A DNA stretch of 34,784 nt. Origin: Terriglobia bacterium (GTDB lineage: Bacteria; Acidobacteriota; Terriglobia; JAJPHL01; JAPKYU01). Position numbers and translations under genes: made by a program. Below are positions 27,917 through 34,784 of this stretch, piece by piece. Below the pieces are notes generated by a model. The model was not told the DNA's origin, did not search any database, and was given only the letters and a program-made list of their open reading frames with translations. Each line of letters opens with the position of its first letter. The stretch's first letter is position 1. The DNA lies in NCBI GenBank assembly GCA_965223005.1, contig CBDCVK010000001.1, positions 1 through 34,784 of the forward strand, given 5' to 3'.

Positions 27917-28967
27917 GCAGATGCAGGCCGCCGTCTATCGAGGGGAAGGACGTGTGCTTTTGGAGCAGGTGCCGCGCCCGAAGATCGGCCCCGGCGAGGT
28001 GTTGGTGCGCGTGGCCGTCTGCGGCGTTTGCAATACAGACATAAAGAAGATCACTGCCGACTTGCTGCCTCCGCCGCGCATCTTCGGACACGAGACCGCC
28101 GGTACCGTCGTAGCCGCGGGCACCGGTGTAGACCACCTTCGGGTCGGTGACCGCGTGGTGGTTTTTCATCACATCCCGTGCGGTGACTGCTTCTACTGCC
28201 GCAGGCGCCTTTATGCTCAATGCCCCACCTACAGAAAGGTGGGCGTCACCGCCGGCTTCGAGCCCAGCGGCGGCGGTTTCGCCCAATACGTGCGGGTCAT
28301 GGACTGGATTGCAACCCAGGGCACGGAGAAAATCCCGGACGGCGTCAGCTTCGAGGAAGCGTCATTCGTCGAGCCGATCAACACCTGCCTGAAGGCGCTG
28401 AAGACCGCCGGCCTCAGCGAAGGGGATTGCGTGCTGATCCAGGGCCAGGGGCCGATCGGCGTGCTTCTGCTTTTACTGGCGCGACGCCAGGGGGCCGAGG
28501 TGTTCGTCTCGGACCCGATAGACGAGCGGTTGAAACGGGCCTCGGAACTGGGAGCCGCGGCCATTTTCAACCCGCGGCGGCTGGAGGTGTCGGCGGCAGT
28601 GCTCCCCTTGACTGGAGGGCGGGGGGTGGACTTGGCAATTGTCGCTGCTCCCGCCCCCGATCTGGTGTCGGAAGCCCTGCGCGCGGTTCGGCCGGGTGGC
28701 CGCGTCTTGCTGTTCGCCCAGACAGCGCCAGCCGAGCAGGTGCCCGTGCCCACTGCCGCGATTTGCGTGGAAGAGAAACAGATTCTGGGCAGTTACAGCG
28801 CCGATTGGGATTTGCAAGCCGAGTCGGCACGGCTGGTGTTTGAGCGGGAGCTATCGGTGCAGGAATTGATCACGCACCGTTTCTCGCTGTCGGAAATTGA
28901 TTCCGCGATCCGGTTGGCGGCTGATCCCCAACCCGACTCGCTTAAAATCGTTGTCAAATGCGTCTGA
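27882..28967 (+). CDS. Zn-dependent medium-chain dehydrogenase (sorbitol/threonine-DH-like)
   Basis: CGVCNTD, GHETAG, structural Zn CGDCFYC..C, GQGPIG. Confidence 0.92.
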   Translation: MGRLQSDGKLPEQMQAAVYRGEGRVLLEQVPRPKIGPGEVLVRVAVCGVCNTDIKKITADLLPPPRIFGHETAGTVVAAGTGVDHLRVGDRVVVFHHIPCGDCFYCRRRLYAQCPTYRKVGVTAGFEPSGGGFAQYVRVMDWIATQGTEKIPDGVSFEEASFVEPINTCLKALKTAGLSEGDCVLIQGQGPIGVLLLLLARRQGAEVFVSDPIDERLKRASELGAAAIFNPRRLEVSAAVLPLTGGRGVDLAIVAAPAPDLVSEALRAVRPGGRVLLFAQTAPAEQVPVPTAAICVEEKQILGSYSADWDLQAESARLVFERELSVQELITHRFSLSEIDSAIRLAADPQPDSLKIVVKCV

Positions 28968-28980
28968 GGCAGCTACCACC

Positions 28981-30018
28981 GTGACGAAACGAATGATGGC
29001 CGCCGTCCTGTACGGCAAGGAAAACCTCCGCATCGAGGAAGTAAACGTGCCGCGGGTCGGCCCGGAGGAAGTGCTGGTGAAGATTGAGACGGCACTCACC
29101 TGCGGGACCGATCTGAAAGTCTATCGTCAGGGCTACCACGCCCGCATGATCGTGCCCCCGGCTATTTTCGGGCACGAATTGGCTGGGGTCGTCCAGGAAG
29201 TGGGCGAGCAGGTGGAACACTTCCGGGAAGGCATGCGGGTCGTCGCCGCGAATTCCGCCCCGTGCAACGACTGTCTGTATTGCGGCAAAGGCCTGGAAAA
29301 CCTCTGCGAGCGGCTTCTGTTCAATAACGGCGCCTACGCCGAATTTATCCGCATCCCCGCACCGATAGTACGGAAGAGCCTGCTGCGGATCCCAGACCAT
29401 ATCAGCTACCGGGATGCCGCGCTGCTGGAACCGCTGGCCTGCGTGTTGCGCGGCCTGGAGAAAACTGGGTTACGGCCCGGCGATTCGCTGGCAGTCATCG
29501 GCCTGGGGCCGATCGGGCTGATGTTCGTGCGGTTGGCCAAGCTACGAGGTGCTTCCGTCGTGGCTGTGGGCAAGCGTCCCACCCAAAGGCAGGCCGCGCT
29601 TCGCATGGGAGCGGATGAGGTGATTGACGTCAGCCAGACCGACGATCCGGTGGGCGCCGTTCGCCGCCTCCACCCCGGGGGCGTGGACGTGGCGATCGAG
29701 GCCGTAGGTAGCTCTCTCACCTGGCAGTGGGCTGCCGGCATGGTTCGTCGCGGGGGTACGATGAACTTGTTTGGCGGATGTCCCAGCGGCACCACCGTCG
29801 AGTTCGACACTTCGCTGCTCCACTACTCGGAAATCACCCTGCTCGCCAGCTTTCACCACACACCGTATTACATCCGGCGCGCCCTGGACTCCATTGCTGG
29901 CGGCGAGATTTGCGGCCAGGATCTGGTCACCGGCGAAGCGCCCCTGGAGGAGTTGCCCCGCGTTTTACGCCACATGATGAATCGCAACGGCGATCTGAAA
30001 ACCGCCATTCTGCCCTAG
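28981..30018 (+). CDS. Second Zn-dependent medium-chain dehydrogenase
   Basis: LTCGTD, GHELAG, CNDCLYC..C, GLGPIG. Start uncertain (GTG 28981 or ATG 28993). Confidence 0.92.
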   Translation: MTKRMMAAVLYGKENLRIEEVNVPRVGPEEVLVKIETALTCGTDLKVYRQGYHARMIVPPAIFGHELAGVVQEVGEQVEHFREGMRVVAANSAPCNDCLYCGKGLENLCERLLFNNGAYAEFIRIPAPIVRKSLLRIPDHISYRDAALLEPLACVLRGLEKTGLRPGDSLAVIGLGPIGLMFVRLAKLRGASVVAVGKRPTQRQAALRMGADEVIDVSQTDDPVGAVRRLHPGGVDVAIEAVGSSLTWQWAAGMVRRGGTMNLFGGCPSGTTVEFDTSLLHYSEITLLASFHHTPYYIRRALDSIAGGEICGQDLVTGEAPLEELPRVLRHMMNRNGDLKTAILP

Positions 30019-30160
30019 CCCCGGTCGTCCCCTGGGCAGGCGGCCCGCCGCCGGCAGGAATTGGCATCCTGAGTGTTTACGATGTCCGCCGGTCCGTCTT
30101 TACAATCTCCGCAGGTCTGGCGCTGCTCGAATCTCTTCAACATGCAGTAAAATCGCTCCA

Positions 30161-31099
30161 GTGCGGCTCCCTCTAGAGTGGGTGGATGCTCCACCGGCAA
30201 TGACCGCAGAAGAGGCGCGCCGGTACTGCGCGCAACTGGCCCGCTCCCATTACGAGAACTTTAACGTTGTCAGTTTTCTCCTCCCCGCCAAGCTGCACCA
30301 GGACTTCTACAATGTCTACTCCTATTGCCGTTGGGCCGACGACCTGGGCGATGAGATTGAGGACCCGGGCGAATCCACCCGCCTGCTCGGGCTTTGGCGG
30401 CAGCAGCTAGACACTTGCTATACGGCCGGCGTGCCAACAGCAGGCCAGGAGAATGGAGAACCCCGTCACCCTGTCTTCCTGGCACTGGGCGACACCATCC
30501 GCCGCCACCAGATTCCCGCCGAGCCATTCCGAGATTTGATTGTCGCGTTTCTCCAGGACCAGCGTGTCAACCGCTACGCCACCTACGCCGAGTTGCTCGA
30601 CTATTGCCAGTATTCCGCCAACCCGGTCGGCCGATTGGTGCTGTACGTTTGTGGCTACCGCGACGCGGAACGCCAGCGACTCTCCGACCTCACCTGCACC
30701 GCCCTGCAGTTTGCTAATTTCTGGCAGGACGTCCGCGTGGATCTGGAAAAAGGGCGGCTGTACATCCCGCTGGAGGACATGGCCCGCTTCGGGTGTTCCG
30801 AGCAGCAACTGCTCGGGCATCAGTGCACGCCCGAATTCTGCAACTTGATGCGCTTCGAGGTAGAGCGGACGCGCGAGCTGTTTCGCGCTGGTCAGCCGCT
30901 GGCCGAGCGGGTCGATCGGCGACTCGCTACGGACATCGAATTGTTTACTCGTGGCGGGCTGGAGATCCTGCGGATGATCGAGCAGCAGAACTACGACGTG
31001 TTGTCGCGGCGCCCGGAGCTCGGCCGAGGCCGCAAGCTGCGGCTCCTGGCTGGAACCGTATTGCGCCGGGTTTCCCATAGGACAGGAGGGCCGGCATGA
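30161..31099 (+). CDS. hpnC: Hydroxysqualene synthase
   Basis: SHYENF.V.S, YCRWADDLGDE, YCQYSANPVGRLVL, CTALQFANFWQDV..D. Start may be ATG 30200. Confidence 0.92.
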   Translation: MRLPLEWVDAPPAMTAEEARRYCAQLARSHYENFNVVSFLLPAKLHQDFYNVYSYCRWADDLGDEIEDPGESTRLLGLWRQQLDTCYTAGVPTAGQENGEPRHPVFLALGDTIRRHQIPAEPFRDLIVAFLQDQRVNRYATYAELLDYCQYSANPVGRLVLYVCGYRDAERQRLSDLTCTALQFANFWQDVRVDLEKGRLYIPLEDMARFGCSEQQLLGHQCTPEFCNLMRFEVERTRELFRAGQPLAERVDRRLATDIELFTRGGLEILRMIEQQNYDVLSRRPELGRGRKLRLLAGTVLRRVSHRTGGPA

Positions 31100-32028
31100 A
31101 CCTGCCCGGAGAAACCCGGCCCTCACTGGCCTACTCCTACAGGTATTGCGCCCGCGTAGCCCGCCGGGAGGCGCGCAACTTCTATTACGCGTTCCTGGTG
31201 CTTCCGCACCAGAAGCGCCGCGCTTTCTGCGCCGTCTATGCCTTCCTCCGCCACAGCGACGACATCCCCGACAACAACGATCCTCACCAAGATCCCGCGT
31301 CGCGCCGTGGCTTGCTGGAAGCCTGGCGGAAACGTCTGGAAGCGGCTCTGGAAGGCGACTACGGCGACAGCCCCTTGCTGCCCGCCTGGCATGACACCGT
31401 ACGCCGGTACCGCTTGCCGCCCCAGTACTTCTTCGAGCTGATCAAGGGTGCGGAGATGGACCTGGACGGTGTGCGCTTCCAGACCTTTTCAGAGCTGTAC
31501 GAGTACTGCTACCGCGTGGCCGGGGTGGTAGGGTTGATTTGTCTGCACGTCTTCGGCTTTGAGACAGCAGACCGGAAGGAAGCCTGCCGGCTGGCCGAAG
31601 CCTGCGGCATCGGCTTCCAGTTGACCAATATCCTGCGCGACCTGAGCGAGGACGCGGCCCGTGGCCGCGTCTACCTGCCTGAAGAAGACCTGGCGCGCTT
31701 CGGCTATTCCCGTCAGCAACTGGGGGCCGGGGTGAACAGCGAGGCCTACTACCGTCTGATGCGTTTCGAAGCAGAGCGAGCCCGCCAGTACTACCGTCAG
31801 GCGGCGGCCCTATCGGAGATGATTTGCCTCGATTCCCGGCCGGCGCTGTGGGCCATGATGGCGCTCTACTCTGGCATCCTGCGACGCATGGAAACCTTGG
31901 GCTTCCCGATGCTCCAGCGGCGGGTCGAACTGAGCGCGATGGACAAGCTCGAAATCCTGGCGCGGGCCTGGTGGATGCGCCTGAATCACGGGGGCAGGGG
32001 ACCGTTTCCGGCGCCGCTTCTGGGATGA
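31096..32028 (+). CDS. hpnD: Presqualene diphosphate synthase
   Basis: ARNFYYAF, YAFLRHSDDIPD, YCYRVAGVVG, FQLTNILRDLSED..RGRVYLP; lies between hpnC and hpnE. Confidence 0.9.
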   Translation: MNLPGETRPSLAYSYRYCARVARREARNFYYAFLVLPHQKRRAFCAVYAFLRHSDDIPDNNDPHQDPASRRGLLEAWRKRLEAALEGDYGDSPLLPAWHDTVRRYRLPPQYFFELIKGAEMDLDGVRFQTFSELYEYCYRVAGVVGLICLHVFGFETADRKEACRLAEACGIGFQLTNILRDLSEDAARGRVYLPEEDLARFGYSRQQLGAGVNSEAYYRLMRFEAERARQYYRQAAALSEMICLDSRPALWAMMALYSGILRRMETLGFPMLQRRVELSAMDKLEILARAWWMRLNHGGRGPFPAPLLG

Positions 32029-33392
32029 CGCTGTCGGAAACCTCGCCGGATGTGGTGGTTGTCGGCGGCGGCCTGGCGGGCCTGGCGGCAGCCGCGGCGC
32101 TGAGTAGTGTCGGCTTTCAGGTGGATCTGTTTGAACGCCGACCCTACCTGGGCGGCCGGGCCGCTTCTTACGAGCTCCCGGGTACGCAGGAAACCATTGA
32201 TAACTGCCAGCACGTGCTGCTGGGCTGCTGCACCAACCTGCTCAACTTCTACACACACCTGGGAGTGCGCCACCTCATCGGGTTCCACGACCACATCCGG
32301 TTTGTCACTCCTGGCGGTCAGGCTTCAGTGGTGGCGGCCGACCACCGCCCGCCGCCGCTGCACCTGCTGCACTCGCTGCGCGCCTTTCATGCGCTCACCT
32401 GGCTGGACAAGCTCGCCATCTGTGCTGCGATGGCGGCGCTCTCGTTCGAGCTGGGCATGGTCCCTCGCCAGCGCCTGGACTCGGAAACCATGCTGAGCTG
32501 GCTCCAGCGCCACTGGCAGACCCGCCGCGCTATTGACTTCTTCTGGCGAGTGGTGCTGACCAGCGCCCTCAACGAAGACCTGGAGCGGGTCTCGGCCTGG
32601 CACGGCCTGCAGGTTTTCTGGAGGGGTTTTCTGGTGAATCGCCGCTCTTACCGCGTGGGCATCCCGGTGGCGCCGCTCAGCGAACTCTACCGGCTCGAGC
32701 TGCCTAGCGCGCGCGTTCGTCTGCGAGCCGACGTCCACTCGCTTGAAACCTCCAACTGTCGAGTCAATGGGGTGCACCTCGGCGACGGGCGCCGCGCTCC
32801 TGCCCGCTGGTTTGTCGTCGCTCTGCCATTTGAGATCGCGCAGGAGCTGCTCCCTGGCGACTACTCCGCTTTCAGCCATTCCCCCATCGTTGGCATCCAC
32901 CTTTGGTTTGATCGCCCGGTGACGGAAGAGCCCTTTGCCGCGTTGCTCGGCCGCACCATCCAGTGGGCTTTCCGCAAGCCGGGCGACGCCGGTTACGTGC
33001 AGTGCGTGGTCAGCGCCGCTCGCGCCCTGCTGCCCCTGGGGCGCAAGGAAATCGTGGAGATGGCGGTGCGCGAGCTGGCCGAATTTTTCCCCCTGCGGGG
33101 AGCACAACTGCGCAAATGGGCCGTGGTGAAAGAAGTCCGCGCCACCTACTCGCCGGCTGCCGGAGTGGACCGGCTGCGCCCCGCCAATGTGACCCGCTTT
33201 GAGAACTGTTTTCTGGCCGGCGATTGGGTCGAGACCGGCTGGCCGCCCACGATGGAAGGCGCTGTGCGCAGCGGCTACCGCGCCGCCGAGCTCGTAACTA
33301 TCCGCGCCGGGCACCCACGCCGCTTCTTGCAGCCGGACCTGGAGCCTGAGGGATTGGCACGATGGACACCCGCCGCTAGATCACGCTCCTGA
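32025..33392 (+). CDS. hpnE: Hydroxysqualene dehydroxylase (FAD-dependent)
   Basis: VVGGGLAGLAAA, LGGRAAS, DNCQHVLLGCC, LAGDW..TGWPPTMEGAVRSG; ATGA overlap with hpnD. Confidence 0.92.
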   Translation: MTLSETSPDVVVVGGGLAGLAAAAALSSVGFQVDLFERRPYLGGRAASYELPGTQETIDNCQHVLLGCCTNLLNFYTHLGVRHLIGFHDHIRFVTPGGQASVVAADHRPPPLHLLHSLRAFHALTWLDKLAICAAMAALSFELGMVPRQRLDSETMLSWLQRHWQTRRAIDFFWRVVLTSALNEDLERVSAWHGLQVFWRGFLVNRRSYRVGIPVAPLSELYRLELPSARVRLRADVHSLETSNCRVNGVHLGDGRRAPARWFVVALPFEIAQELLPGDYSAFSHSPIVGIHLWFDRPVTEEPFAALLGRTIQWAFRKPGDAGYVQCVVSAARALLPLGRKEIVEMAVRELAEFFPLRGAQLRKWAVVKEVRATYSPAAGVDRLRPANVTRFENCFLAGDWVETGWPPTMEGAVRSGYRAAELVTIRAGHPRRFLQPDLEPEGLARWTPAARSRS

Positions 33393-33438
33393 TTGCGTTG
33401 ACCTTTGTGGCCTGTGCTTGCTGACTACTGCCTACCGA

Positions 33439-34059
33439 CTACTGGCCCTCTGAACTGGCAACGCGGCGCAGCCGGGTCGCCAGCTTGATCACCACCCAGG
33501 CCACCACGATGCTGGTGGCCACCGCGAGTGTCAGAAGCGCGCCTCGGCCCGTTATGAAATGCCAAACGGCCACCCCGTAATGCACCGCCAGAGAGGCTTC
33601 GGAAAAGTACCGGATGGTGCGCCCGATGAGCAAAGCCAGAAGGAATTTCCCCACCCGCACCTCCACGACGCCCGCAGTGATGATGAAGGCCTTGAAGGGG
33701 GTGGGAGGAGGCATGAATGCGGGCACCGTGACGGTGAGGAACTCGTACTTCTCGAACCAGCTGCGAATGCGGGACATTCGTTCCTTGCCAACTTTACGCT
33801 CGGCGGCAGCGTGGCCACCCCGGCGGGCTGCGTAATAGAGGACCAGGCAACCGGCCACCGAACCCACCGTGGCCACAGAGGCGTAGAGCAGCATGGACTG
33901 CGGATCGCGAATGCAGAGGGTGATCACCCACAGGTCAATGGCGGTGGGCAGCGGCAGAAAGGCCGAGTCCACGAAGGCGATGGCGACCAATCCCCAGGCG
34001 CCGAACGGCATCAGGAACCCCTCCAGCGCGGAAGCGATCTTGAACAGGAAGCTTTTCAA
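33439..34059 (-). CDS. DedA/YqaA (VTT-domain) membrane protein
   Basis: AFVDSAFLPLP..ID, GSVAG, PPPTPFKAF, GRTIRY. Confidence 0.88.
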   Translation of the reverse strand: MKSFLFKIASALEGFLMPFGAWGLVAIAFVDSAFLPLPTAIDLWVITLCIRDPQSMLLYASVATVGSVAGCLVLYYAARRGGHAAAERKVGKERMSRIRSWFEKYEFLTVTVPAFMPPPTPFKAFIITAGVVEVRVGKFLLALLIGRTIRYFSEASLAVHYGVAVWHFITGRGALLTLAVATSIVVAWVVIKLATRLRRVASSEGQ

Positions 34060-34303
34060 AGGAGCAAATCCAACCGCAAGAGTTCGACCACCTCGGCAGG
34101 GTTCATTTCGGCCACAAATAGAATCTTATTATCGTTGCAGGAAATCCGGCAACGCCGATTTGCAATCCCTGACACTGCGTGGCCCTCGGTGGAGGCAGCA
34201 CGCGAAAACGGCCACGGGTGCACGACCAAGGGTCACCCAAGGCTAAGCGGTAGCCGGGCACGACATTCTGCCGAGTTGGCTGCCAGCCTGCTGGCGTACC
34301 GGA

Positions 34304-34783
34304 TCATACGGCGGGGGCGGCGCTGTTACACTGCCTGCAATAACCGCCGATCTCCACACGGGCGAACGCGATGCGAAAGTGGCGCTCCCGCTGGATCTGG
34401 CCCTTGATCTTGTCGAACAACGGGCTGGTGTATTCCTCGACCGTGCCGCAGCGCAGGCAGGCCAAATGCATGTGCTGGCGCAGGGGCCGCTGTTCGTAGA
34501 AGTGGCCGCCGCCGCTGAGGTGCAGCAGATCCAGTTCGTCCACCAGGCCGTGCCGCTTCAGCAACCCCAGCGTGCGGTAGACCGTCACCCGGTCAATGTC
34601 CTGGTCTTCCTTGCGCGCGAAACGCAGAATGGTGGCAGCGTCCAGATGGCGGCGGGCATTCTCGATGACCCGCAGGATGACCCTGCGCTGGCGGGTCAGG
34701 CGCACGCCGCGTGCCACCAGCTGGTTTTCCAGATATCCGGGGGGCAACAGCTTGGCCGCCGGCTGGGCTTCATTTTGCAACAT
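34304..34783 (-). CDS. Fur-family transcriptional repressor (start at the window edge)
   Basis: RLTRQRRVIL, HLDA, TVYRTL, HMHLACLRCG, GYCRQC. Confidence 0.9.
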   Translation of the reverse strand: MLQNEAQPAAKLLPPGYLENQLVARGVRLTRQRRVILRVIENARRHLDAATILRFARKEDQDIDRVTVYRTLGLLKRHGLVDELDLLHLSGGGHFYEQRPLRQHMHLACLRCGTVEEYTSPLFDKIKGQIQRERHFRIAFARVEIGGYCRQCNSAAPAV

Positions 34784-34784
34784 G

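Overview
GC-rich bacterial chromosome segment; gene content and order suggest Acidobacteriota (inference). (1) 1-~9.8 kb is the right end of an integrated defence island: the 3' end of a BsuBI/PstI-family restriction endonuclease, a frameshifted Zn-ribbon/NDT-like (nucleoside deoxyribosyltransferase fold) gene, a plasmid repA fragment cut by an IS1380-family element, a complete type I R-M system (hsdM-hsdS-hsdR) and a resolvase remnant. It ends in an att-like region (tandem arm repeats, IHF consensus) next to only the 5' half of a tRNA-Val(TAC). (2) A small promoter-driven ncRNA (Acido-Lenti-1-like) follows, then a minus-strand envelope-modification cluster: GT2, an alkaline-phosphatase-superfamily membrane protein, a small 'YIDPG' membrane peptide and a NoeA-like kinase/methyltransferase. 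(3) A cobalamin riboswitch precedes btuB, a DUF6580-type transporter and an ATP-pyrophosphatase. (4) ~20-25.4 kb is a variable region of secreted proteins: a FecR-domain protein with 18-bp repeats, a gene broken by an 83-bp duplication, and two paralogous TPR genes of different repeat number, punctuated by three copies of a conserved promoter/palindrome leader. (5) Core-like genes: LysR, ispH, two Zn-dependent dehydrogenases, hpnC-hpnD-hpnE, a DedA/YqaA protein and Fur. Three single-base frameshifts may be consensus errors. All family calls are from motif recognition; no database search was run.
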